Shown: piece by piece, positions 38,510 to 47,523 of the stretch
How the letters are laid out: each line of letters begins with the position of its first letter
Position numbering within the stretch: the stretch's first letter is position 1
NCBI GenBank assembly: GCA_963662665.2
Contig: CAXXJS010000010.1
Location: forward strand, 288,001-352,000
DNA: 64,000 bases
Source of the DNA: Candidatus Latescibacterota bacterium
GTDB taxonomy: Bacteria; Latescibacterota; UBA2968; GCA-2709665
Direction: 5' to 3'
Translations under genes and position numbers: made by a program
Notes under the pieces: generated by a model
Databases searched by the model: none
Told to the model about the DNA's origin: nothing
Seen by the model: the letters and a program-made list of their open reading frames with translations, nothing else

Positions 38510-40972
38510 CTACCTGATGCGCAATCTCGAGGCGCCCGACGTTGTCTGTCCTGAAACCTGATCCGTCACGGTCACGGTCACGTACTTTTCTCCCGGATCA
38601 GAAGCAGCCATGTCAAGTTCCACGTAACCCTGGTCGTCCTCACGACTGCCAACATGCGCGTAGTCGATTGAAATCGACGCCTGATTGTGTTGCCGGACGT
38701 TCAGCAGTTTGCCGATACCGCCCAGAATGCGGGCGCCCACCGATTCACTCAACGCCGACCGCATCTGGTAGGAAACCCGGTACCGCGTGGCTCCGAACTC
38801 GTCTCGCTTCAGATTGTAGACTTCATAGTATATAAATACCGATTGTCCTCGTTCATACGCACGCGTGGGATTGGGAATGACCTCGATATCCCCCTTGCGG
38901 AATCGGTCACTGTCCGCCGGTCGGATGGTCGCGGCAATCTGAATACCGCTGAGTCTCAAATAGCCCCTGGGATACGCGGGCAACACGACCTGTTGCTCGT
39001 AGACCTGCGATCTTCCCGTACCAATTTCCAAGACCTGAACGGACATCCGGTATCTGCCCGGCGGCGCCGAAACCCGAAACATCTCGGGTACGTACGCTTT
39101 TCGCGAAGTATCCGATGGCGCGTCGGAAAACAGCTCGAACTCCCCGTCTTTCCGAAGCACCCGTTCATTCGCCTCGTTGTAAAGCGCAACACCCTTTTTC
39201 AAACGGGCCGTGGGTTTTCTGTCCGGACCTGGCGAAAAATCCAGTTCCCACACGGGAATTCCGTAGTAAACCTCAAGATTCGAGGCGTCCTGCGCCCCTT
39301 TGAATGCAGCCGAGTCGAAGAAATAGGCCAGCGGTCCCGTGGCGAACGCGGGCCGGTAGAGCGTGGGCACGCGTCGCCCCACCTGGTCCAGTTTCAATTT
39401 GGGATTCATCCGCTGCCAGGTGTACAGGTGGCGGGAGTGTCCGCCCTTCCCGCTGGGCATATCGGCAAATTTGAAGGTCGTCTGTCCCAGCGTGCGGGTG
39501 AACGTAATCTCCATCCCGGGACCCACGTCGGTGTAGATCCAGTATTCCCAGACCTTGCCCGAAACCGGATAGACCGGCCAGCCCAGAATGCTGGACGCCA
39601 TTCGCAACTTGCCGGAGAGATCGCCCGACCCATCGCTCAACGGGACCGACCTGTAGCCGCCGGTCGCGGTTCGCGTGACGCCGGCCTCCTCCGATTCACG
39701 AAGCGACTCGCTGACAGGACCTAAAACGCTCGCTTCGCCGAGACCTCCGACCCTTCCGCCGTGGGAAGTCGTTTCGCTGTTTCGCACCCTGAGCATATGG
39801 GACAATGCATCGCCCGCATGCAGCGCGATCCGTTCCTTGATCCTGATCGCCTTCGGGTCGGTTTCGAATCGGATGTTTTCAGAACTGCTCACGTGGGCGG
39901 GCGGGCCGTAACGGATGTAGACGTCGCCGCGCGCGTCCCACGGGAAGCGGTCAATTCCGAAATTCTCCAGCGAGTATGCCACGCGGCGGTAATGTTCCAG
40001 CTTTCGCTCGTTGGCGGCCGTGGCGGGCGCCGGGTCTCTCCCCGCCCAGTATTCTTCGGAAAGCGCCTTCCATTCCGCCGCCGGCGTAGAATCAAAACGC
40101 TTCTGCTGCTCCTTTGCGACATTGCGCAAGTCGTAATATACGGCCTGCGTATCCGCCCCCATGCCTTCGAGATACCGGTCGAACAGGACGTCTGCACGGT
40201 CGTATTCGCGTTGCTTCAGGTAGACTTCGGCGAGTGCCAACGCCGACCGTTGCTGATACGGATTGCGCGACTCGACAAGTGGTTTCAGAATCGGCACGGC
40301 CTCTTCGGGTTTGCCCTGGTCCCCTAATACTTCCCCCAGATCCAGCCGCGCTTCCGCGTGATCCGGGTTGACTTCGAGTTGCCTCCGAAAGGCCGCTTCC
40401 GCCTTTTCGAGCTGGACGTACTCTCCCGCGTCTCCATTTTTGTAGATGCTACCGATGCGAAACCAGACGTCCCCATGCTCCGGTGCGATTTTAGCCAGAC
40501 GCTTGTAGGCCATGAGCTCTTTGGTATCGCCAATTTGCCGGTACGCCCCGGCCAGATTGTAGTACGCCTCGGCATAGGTACGTTGCACCGAAATCGCATC
40601 CTGGAAGTATTTGATTGCCCATCGCAGCCCCTTTTCCTTCCGCAAATACACCAACCCCAACCCGTTGTGGGCGGGCGCGAATTTCCGTTTCCTGCGCCTG
40701 GCATCCATGAACGCGTCTTCCGCGGCATCCAGGTCGTCGCTTTGCAGATACACGTGGCCTGCGCCTACCAGTGAAGGTACGTGTTTCTTATTGATGTCCA
40801 GCGCCTTCCTGAACTTCAACAGCGCGCCGTCCAGGTCTCCCGCCTCGAACAGCAGTATCCCCTCGCCGTAAAGCGTCTCGACCGGCGTCCGGCGGGTATC
40901 GGTGGATTCGGCGCGGATGTCGCTTGCTGTACTCAGGACGATTGACGTCGCGAAAGCAAGAATGCACCTCAT
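38510..40972 (-). CDS. TPR + GWxTD-domain protein
   Basis: Signal peptide, TPRs, YWAGRDPAPATAANERKLEHYRRV...WDARGDVYIRYGPP. Confidence 0.85.
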   Translation of the reverse strand: MRCILAFATSIVLSTASDIRAESTDTRRTPVETLYGEGILLFEAGDLDGALLKFRKALDINKKHVPSLVGAGHVYLQSDDLDAAEDAFMDARRRKRKFAPAHNGLGLVYLRKEKGLRWAIKYFQDAISVQRTYAEAYYNLAGAYRQIGDTKELMAYKRLAKIAPEHGDVWFRIGSIYKNGDAGEYVQLEKAEAAFRRQLEVNPDHAEARLDLGEVLGDQGKPEEAVPILKPLVESRNPYQQRSALALAEVYLKQREYDRADVLFDRYLEGMGADTQAVYYDLRNVAKEQQKRFDSTPAAEWKALSEEYWAGRDPAPATAANERKLEHYRRVAYSLENFGIDRFPWDARGDVYIRYGPPAHVSSSENIRFETDPKAIRIKERIALHAGDALSHMLRVRNSETTSHGGRVGGLGEASVLGPVSESLRESEEAGVTRTATGGYRSVPLSDGSGDLSGKLRMASSILGWPVYPVSGKVWEYWIYTDVGPGMEITFTRTLGQTTFKFADMPSGKGGHSRHLYTWQRMNPKLKLDQVGRRVPTLYRPAFATGPLAYFFDSAAFKGAQDASNLEVYYGIPVWELDFSPGPDRKPTARLKKGVALYNEANERVLRKDGEFELFSDAPSDTSRKAYVPEMFRVSAPPGRYRMSVQVLEIGTGRSQVYEQQVVLPAYPRGYLRLSGIQIAATIRPADSDRFRKGDIEVIPNPTRAYERGQSVFIYYEVYNLKRDEFGATRYRVSYQMRSALSESVGARILGGIGKLLNVRQHNQASISIDYAHVGSREDDQGYVELDMAASDPGEKYVTVTVTDQVSGQTTSGASRLRIR

Positions 40973-41173
40973 CTTGCGACCCTCCGCAGGGGAGTGGCTG
41001 TGTCGCGCCGGCGCGGGACTTTCCACGGGGCTACGTCTGTGGACGCGCGGGTCTCTGCGCGCCATGGTATTCAATAAGGCATCCATAAACGTGGCAATCG
41101 AATACCCATCCATGAAAGACACGATGTTACGGGAGATGGTTCCTTGAAATACCGCCCCGTACATCACGTTGCG

Positions 41174-42049
41174 TCAACACAGGGTTTCACGGCGGCGAAG
41201 CGGCCCCATCTCCGAGGCGCGCGCCACGTCCTCCAGTTCGGCCGCCGTCGCCGCGCCGCTGGAAATCGTGCTGACCCTCGGATCGGCGAGGACGTACCGG
41301 AACGCGTTCCTGGGTACGGTACCCGGTTCATTGCCAAGGCGCCCAATGATCCCCTCGGCTCTGGCGCGTTCCCCGCGATCTTCCAGATTCTCAAGCGCCG
41401 CCTTTCGCCGGGGTTCGTCGGAAAAAAGCCCTCCAGCGAGCACTGTGGCAACGACAATGCCCATACCGCTTGCGGCTGCCGCCGGTATGACCTCTTTTGC
41501 GGCTATCTGCGAACAGGGGTGGTAATCGTGAAAGACGAGCAGGGCATCGAACTCGCCCGTGCGAGCGAGTTTCGCCAGCATTGGAATGGCCCTGTCCGTT
41601 ATGCCGATATGGTCGCACAGTCCGCGTTTCTGCGCCTCCCGCAACCCCTCGAGGGTTCCGCCCCGTTCCATGATGCGATCCCATCCGGCTTCGCTCACCT
41701 GATGGACCTGTGCCGAGAAAAGCCTCGATATTCGCAGGCGCGTCAGGCTTCGTTCAAGGCTGCGCAATACACTGTCCCGCCGATAGTCGAAATCCTCGGG
41801 GTCAAATCCAACCTTGGTGGCGACGTGCATGCGGGACCCCGCGGTTTCGAGGGCGTAACCGAACAGCGCTTCGCTCCTGCCGTAGAGGGGCGCGGTGTCG
41901 ATATAGTTGATTCCCAGATCGTCCGCACGGCGGACGATCTCAACCGCGTTTTCCTGCTCGTGTTCGGGATCCGGCCCTCCGATGTACGCGCCGCCCAGGC
42001 TGACCTCGCTGACGCGGATGCCCGTGTTGCCGAACTCGCGGTATTCCAT
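41174..42049 (-). CDS. Aldo/keto reductase
   Basis: YREFGNTGIRVSEVSLG, GINYIDTAPLYG, VATKVG. Confidence 0.9.
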   Translation of the reverse strand: MEYREFGNTGIRVSEVSLGGAYIGGPDPEHEQENAVEIVRRADDLGINYIDTAPLYGRSEALFGYALETAGSRMHVATKVGFDPEDFDYRRDSVLRSLERSLTRLRISRLFSAQVHQVSEAGWDRIMERGGTLEGLREAQKRGLCDHIGITDRAIPMLAKLARTGEFDALLVFHDYHPCSQIAAKEVIPAAAASGMGIVVATVLAGGLFSDEPRRKAALENLEDRGERARAEGIIGRLGNEPGTVPRNAFRYVLADPRVSTISSGAATAAELEDVARASEMGPLRRRETLC

Positions 42050-42189
42050 GTTCCCTCCTTCCCGTGGCGCTCTTGTCAAAAGATAGCCGAATCAAGCCGG
42101 CCCCGCAAGGTGCCGGGGGACCCGTTTCCGGCCGTACACCGGCACTCGGAGACTCCCGATGCTCGGCCAGTGCCGGACGGTCCGCCCTC

Positions 42190-42699
42190 GCCTCTGTTCC
42201 TGACGGCGCAGATCGGCGGCGCGGTCACGGACATGATTTCCTTCGATTCCGAAGGCAAGACCTGGGTCGGCGTCGGCATGGACAAGGGGGTGCACCTGCT
42301 TACTTCGGATGGCCGGGAGGGTCGGTTTTTCGGTACGGACGGTCCGGTCCGGGTCCTGCGCTGGTGGGATGGAAGATCGGCGGCAACTTCCTGAGTGACG
42401 CGCCGGCCGAACCGCGGGAATACGCCCTTCATCCAAATTTCCCGAACCCATTCAACAGTGAGTGCCAGATCGCTTATCAGCTGCCCGCGGCCGGCGACGT
42501 GTCGCTGATTGTCTACAACCTGATTGGACAGCGTGTCCGCGTCCTGGCCGAGGGAAACCGGCAGGCCGGATATTACCAGGTAACCTGGGACGGGAGAGAT
42601 GACTCGGGGAGAGAAGTGTCCAGCGGCGTCTACTGCATCCGTCTGGTCGCTGATGACGGCAAGTTCACAGCGGTAGGGAAGATGGTGCTGTTGAAATGA
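42190..42699 (+). pseudogene. Remnant of a T9SS type-A/FlgD Ig-like C-terminal domain protein
   Basis: NFPNPFN...VTWDGRDDSGREVSSGVY...KMVLLK; upstream fragment is in another frame with no clear start. Confidence 0.7.
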
Positions 42700-42808
42700 C
42701 GTCCGGTCCGGAAATGCGCCGACGTCGTCACATGTTGAATTCGGATCCGGATCGACCGCGAACGGCGGCAATTTCGCGCAACAGCGACCGCCTATTGAAA
42801 CGTTATCT

Positions 42809-42836
42809 CTTTTTCGGAATGTACAGGTCGGTCGCG
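42809..42836. repeat. Direct repeat of the lpdA 3' end (second copy at 44650-44677)
   Basis: 28-bp identity CTTTTTCGGAATGTACAGGTCGGTCGCG. Confidence 0.9.
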
Positions 42837-42864
42837 AAATCCAGATGGACTTCAGCCATGCTTA

Positions 42865-43878
42865 CTATCGATTTGTCCTTGTCTCGATTTCGGCGCATTT
42901 ATCCAATATGGTTTCGAATCGCTCTTCGTCTTCAAGCAACATCCCATCGCTGAGCATCTTCCTGTAGTCGTCAGCCAGCGCCTCATATGCCAGGGCCTGC
43001 GGCACCAACTGCAATGCGCCAGAAACAGCAGCCTCGTAGTCGATCCAATTCCCTGCGGCGTCCTTCTCCCGGAAGAACATTGCCTTGTGTCGTGCGACCG
43101 ACAGGGCCAGGTTTCGGTCGGCGAGCGACCGTTCGACGAAACCCGCGGCGTCCAGGTGGAAGAGGTCATGCCAGTGCCGGGAGAGTCGCTCGCCTCGGCT
43201 TCGTTGTTGGCGGCAGAAAACGTGTACGGCTGTGGCCTTCTCCCAGAAGGTACGCTCCGGCAACATGACAAGAGCATGGGTGGAGGGGAATGCGACCTCC
43301 GAAACGTATGGCGCCGCATCGCAGGCTATCGGACGCTCTTCGCGAGGCTCCCCCGTTGAACGCCCCCCAAACTCCACCGACACCTCCGGGCTGACGAAGC
43401 CATAATCCGGAAACAGCGGCTCATAACTGACGATTATCCGGTCTCCGTCGGCCCGTATCCGTGCCGATAGGTCGGATTCAGACAGGTTAGCCTCAATCGT
43501 GGGCCGCGCATGAAATTCCACCCACTCGGCCAGGCGTCGCCTGATTTCCCGCGTCCACTTCCGTTCCTGACTGCGCGTGGATGGCAGCACATCTTCTCCA
43601 TAGCCTTCCACGAGGTCTGCAGCGATGGCTCGGATGCTATAGGTGACGTCGAGGTCTTCCGAGAATCGACGGATGGCATGATACGCCTTGGCCAGAGAGG
43701 TGCCTCCCTTGAAGGTCAGGTCTCTGCGGCAAGGACTCTCCATCAGGGTGCGTAACGTAAACACCACCCATATGTCCTTTTCCAGGAGATGGGCACGCCT
43801 CCCACTGAGGCTCGCGGCCACGTTCAGGGCATCCCGTCGGTCGTCCGGAGAGAGGGATTGAAAGGGTGTGTCAGCCAT
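42865..43878 (-). CDS. AbiEii/AbiGii nucleotidyltransferase toxin
   Basis: LEKDIWV, FKGGTSLAKAY..IRRFSEDLD, ERTFWEK, SRHWHD. Confidence 0.9.
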   Translation of the reverse strand: MADTPFQSLSPDDRRDALNVAASLSGRRAHLLEKDIWVVFTLRTLMESPCRRDLTFKGGTSLAKAYHAIRRFSEDLDVTYSIRAIAADLVEGYGEDVLPSTRSQERKWTREIRRRLAEWVEFHARPTIEANLSESDLSARIRADGDRIIVSYEPLFPDYGFVSPEVSVEFGGRSTGEPREERPIACDAAPYVSEVAFPSTHALVMLPERTFWEKATAVHVFCRQQRSRGERLSRHWHDLFHLDAAGFVERSLADRNLALSVARHKAMFFREKDAAGNWIDYEAAVSGALQLVPQALAYEALADDYRKMLSDGMLLEDEERFETILDKCAEIETRTNR

Positions 43879-44467
43879 TGGCAACCATCGCGCTCACCGG
43901 TTCCGCCATCCATGCTGGCATGATAGCACGCGATGCGGCCAACTCCTGAGTATCTTTCGCGGAGAGCCTGCGCCAAATCACGCCTAAGCCCGCCTCAATT
44001 TCGTCGGCACCCAACCATGAAAGGGCGCGAACCACCTCGCCGGCGGGTCGGTGCGGCGCTGCCAACTGCCAACGCGGAGCATGACGCAATTCCACTGCCA
44101 GATTGCCGAAGAACAGCCTGCGGCAGGGACCGGAGGTCAGATAAACCGAACGCACCGGCACCTGCGTTGTGAGTCCAAGGGCGTTCGCCGCCGCACCTCC
44201 ACAGGGTACAATCGTCTCACCCCATAGATCGGACAGTGATGCGATCACTTTCTCAACCGCAGGCGGACGAGGACCGAATCGAGTCTGAACGGGCCGGACA
44301 TAGACGCCGTGGCAGACCCGCAGGAGGTCCTTTTTGCGGGCAAGTCGGGACAAGGTCTGGTCGATTGCCGCGCGTTTTCCCAGGTGAAGGAGCGCACCTG
44401 GGCAAAGCAGCGCGCCTTCCGGTAAGTCGGCAGCGAGCTCAATAATCTGTTTAGACAGGCTGGACAT
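43871..44467 (-). CDS. DUF6088/AbiEi-like antitoxin
   Basis: AIDQTLSRL...GVYVRP, AANALGLTTQVP. Confidence 0.88.
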   Translation of the reverse strand: MSSLSKQIIELAADLPEGALLCPGALLHLGKRAAIDQTLSRLARKKDLLRVCHGVYVRPVQTRFGPRPPAVEKVIASLSDLWGETIVPCGGAAANALGLTTQVPVRSVYLTSGPCRRLFFGNLAVELRHAPRWQLAAPHRPAGEVVRALSWLGADEIEAGLGVIWRRLSAKDTQELAASRAIMPAWMAEPVSAMVANG

Positions 44468-44481
44468 GATCCACCTCTTGA

Positions 44482-44511
44482 ATGTCAGAAATATATAAGA
44501 AAATCTGACAT
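44482..44511. promoter_or_regulatory. Inverted-repeat operator of the AbiE-type TA operon
   Basis: ATGTCAGA-N14-TCTGACAT. Confidence 0.65.
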
Positions 44512-44643
44512 CAAGCAATATAACTTTCGTGGAGCGAAGCGTTGAAGCGCCTCACGTACTGTGTGCGCGGCTCCCGGCATGGGATCGAGATCAGAGCGTA
44601 AGGGCGCCATAATAGGAGCATTCGATGGCTTGAGGCCACTGAA

Positions 44644-46062
44644 CTACCGCTTTTTCGGAATGTACAGGTCGGTCGCGGTACCCAGATGGATCTCCGCGGC
44701 GATGCCGAGGGATTCGGAGAGGGAAGGATGGGGGTGGATCGTGTGCGCCAGATCTTCGGCGACAGCGCCCATTTCAACGCCGAGGACGGCTTCGGCTATG
44801 AGTTCGCCCGCGTTGGGGCCCACAATCCCCGCCCCCAGAATTCGGCTGGTTTCCGGGTCGAAAACCAGTTTCGTAAGCCCCTCGGTACGGCCGAGAGTTG
44901 CCGCCCGGCCTGAGGCGGCCCACGGAAAGCGGGCGGTTTTCGCTGGGCGATCCTGCGCCCGCGCTTCGGTTTCCGTCAGACCGCACCACGCGATCTCAGG
45001 ATCCGTGTAGACAACGGAAGGGACGATGCTGTCGAAGGCCGCGGGTTGCCCGGCGATGACTTCGGCGGCAACTTTCCCCTGGTGGGCGGCTTTATGGGCG
45101 AGCCCCGGGCCATCCACCACGTCGCCAAGGGCAAAGATGCGGCTGTCGGACGTGCGCATGTGTTCGTCGACGAGGATGAATCCGGCATCCGAGAGGCCGG
45201 CCCGCGTGTTTTCGAGCCCCAGGTCCCGGGTGTTCGGAACCCGGCCCGCCGAGAGCAGGATGTTGTCGAAGGCCTGAGACCCCCCCTCGAATTCCCCGTC
45301 AAAACTCGCGGTTATCCCCTTGTCGCTGTCTTCCAGGGAGGTGACGGCGGTGTTGACGTGGATGCCGTCGAAAATGCCTTTAAGGTGTTTTTGCAGGGGT
45401 TTGACCAGGTCACGGTCCACACCGGGCAGGAGGCCGCCGGTGATTTCGACGAGCGTCACCCGGCTTCCGAGTCGGGCGTAGACGGTGCTCAGTTCAAGTC
45501 CGACGATACCCCCGCCTACTGCAAGCAGACGATCCGGGACGTACTCCAGTTCAAGCGCCTTGTTCGAATCCAGGATCTTCGGGCTTTCAATGTCGAAAAC
45601 AGGGGGCACTGCCGGCCTGGACCCCGTGGCGACGATGGCATGCACGAAGTCGATTTGAGAGACGTCTCCACCGCCCGAGACACGGACCCGCTGGGAAGAC
45701 TCGAAGGCCGCGCGGCCGCAAACACGCGTGACCCTGCGGCGTTTGCAGAGGGCATCGAGGCCGCGTGAGAGCTTCGTGACAGTCCGGTCTTTCCACTTCC
45801 GCATCTTGTCCAGGTCGATTTCCGGTTCCGGGAACGTCAATCCACACGCCGCCGCTTCACGGGATTCCGAAATCAGGCTTGCAACGTGAAGCAGGGCCTT
45901 GGAGGGGATACAGCCCCGGAGCAGGCATGTGCCTCCGAGACGGTCGTCGGCCTCGACCAGCGTGACGGGGATGCCCAGGTCCGCCGATCTGAAGGCGGCG
46001 GCGTAACCGCCCGGCCCCCCGCCGATAACGAGGAGGTCGGTCTTGTGAGTGCCTTCCGGCAT
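44644..46062 (-). CDS. lpdA: Dihydrolipoamide dehydrogenase (E3)
   Basis: GGGPGGY, GGTCLLRGCIPSK, IHPHPSLSE. Confidence 0.95.
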   Translation of the reverse strand: MPEGTHKTDLLVIGGGPGGYAAAFRSADLGIPVTLVEADDRLGGTCLLRGCIPSKALLHVASLISESREAAACGLTFPEPEIDLDKMRKWKDRTVTKLSRGLDALCKRRRVTRVCGRAAFESSQRVRVSGGGDVSQIDFVHAIVATGSRPAVPPVFDIESPKILDSNKALELEYVPDRLLAVGGGIVGLELSTVYARLGSRVTLVEITGGLLPGVDRDLVKPLQKHLKGIFDGIHVNTAVTSLEDSDKGITASFDGEFEGGSQAFDNILLSAGRVPNTRDLGLENTRAGLSDAGFILVDEHMRTSDSRIFALGDVVDGPGLAHKAAHQGKVAAEVIAGQPAAFDSIVPSVVYTDPEIAWCGLTETEARAQDRPAKTARFPWAASGRAATLGRTEGLTKLVFDPETSRILGAGIVGPNAGELIAEAVLGVEMGAVAEDLAHTIHPHPSLSESLGIAAEIHLGTATDLYIPKKR

Positions 46063-46140
46063 GGTTGCTCCGGATTGGTGGACGTTTCATGCAGACCGGA
46101 TGGACATTTTTCAACGGGCAGTCAGGGCTCTGATTGCCGT

Positions 46141-47433
46141 CTACCCGCCAAGGAGCATGCGTTCCGGGTCTTCGAGGGAATCAACCAGATGTCTGGCAAA
46201 TCTCGCGCCATCGGCGCCGTCTACGATGCGATGGTCGTACGACACGCAGATAGGCATGATGAGACGCGATTCGATGCGCCCACCATGTACGACCGGTTCC
46301 TGTCGGGATCGCCCCATGCCCAGTATGGCGACTTCGGGGAAGTTGACGATGGGCGTGAAGGCAGTACCGCCTATGCTGCCCAGATTGGTGACGGTAAAGG
46401 TGCCGCCCTGAAGTTCTTCGAGTTCGGTCCTGCCCTCACGCGTGCGGCGCGCGAGTTCGTCGAGTTGAACGGCCAGTTCGAATATGTCTTTGCGGTCGAC
46501 GTCGCGGATAACCGGCACAAGCAGACCCCTCTCCGTATCGACGGCCACGCCGATATGGTAGTAGTGCTTGAGAATGAGATGTCCGGCGGCCAGGTCCAGG
46601 CTGGCGTTGAACTGCGGAAAGGCTTTCAGTGCGCTGACGACGGCCTTCAGGACAAATGGCGTGGGCGTGAGCTTGCCGCCCTGGGCCTCGGCGTCGGCCT
46701 TGTGCCGCTGCCTGAAAGCCTCCAGATCCGTCACGTCTGCCCGGTCGAACTGCGTCACGTGTGGAATCTGCGCCCAGGCCGCGCCCACGTTCTGTGCAAT
46801 GGTCCTGCGAACCCTGGGCAGGGACTGTCTTTCGACGTGGCCCCATCGGGCGAAGTCCGGCAGGTCGGGCGCAACGACAGGCCCGGACGGCGCCGCTTCG
46901 TTCAGGGACGACTGCACGTAGTTCTTCACGTCGTCGCGGGTAATCCGTCCACCCGCGCCGCTGCCCGGTACCTGGCGCAGATCGACGCCGAGTTCACGTG
47001 CGAATCGTCGCACGGAAGGGGCGGCCGGCACGGTGACGCTTGAGGTTTCCGCGGCCGCGGGCGTCTTTTCTTCCGTACCCGCGTTCACCACACCGGGCGG
47101 CGCCTGCGGTTCCGTCGGCGCATCCGCCGGAGGCTGCTGGACGTTCTTGTCCGGCGCGCGCGATTCCCGCACGTCTTCCCGATCGTTCGATGCTGCGTCT
47201 GTTTCGACGGTTATGAGTACGGTGCCTGGCGAGATGCTTTCGCCATTCCTGACGTTGACCGAAGCGATCGTTCCGCCAATGGAAGACGGAACTTCCACCA
47301 GCGCTTTGTCGGTTTCCAGCTCGATAACGGGCTGATCGACCTCAATTGAATCTCCTTCCGAGACCATGACACGCACCACGTCGCCCTGATCGATACCCTC
47401 ACCCAGGTCCGGAAGCCTGAATTCTTCAGCCAC
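46141..47433 (-). CDS. aceF: Dihydrolipoamide acetyltransferase (E2)
   Basis: Lipoyl domain ETDKA, PSVRRFARELGVDL, SYDHRIVDG. Confidence 0.93.
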   Translation of the reverse strand: MAEEFRLPDLGEGIDQGDVVRVMVSEGDSIEVDQPVIELETDKALVEVPSSIGGTIASVNVRNGESISPGTVLITVETDAASNDREDVRESRAPDKNVQQPPADAPTEPQAPPGVVNAGTEEKTPAAAETSSVTVPAAPSVRRFARELGVDLRQVPGSGAGGRITRDDVKNYVQSSLNEAAPSGPVVAPDLPDFARWGHVERQSLPRVRRTIAQNVGAAWAQIPHVTQFDRADVTDLEAFRQRHKADAEAQGGKLTPTPFVLKAVVSALKAFPQFNASLDLAAGHLILKHYYHIGVAVDTERGLLVPVIRDVDRKDIFELAVQLDELARRTREGRTELEELQGGTFTVTNLGSIGGTAFTPIVNFPEVAILGMGRSRQEPVVHGGRIESRLIMPICVSYDHRIVDGADGARFARHLVDSLEDPERMLLGG

Positions 47434-47523
47434 GGTTCCTCCTTTGCTGGTGCCGCGAACGCTTCCTGGTGTGCCGCGCCGGAAATAAGCTGCCGAATGG
47501 TGACGTATTTCCGGGACGGGACA

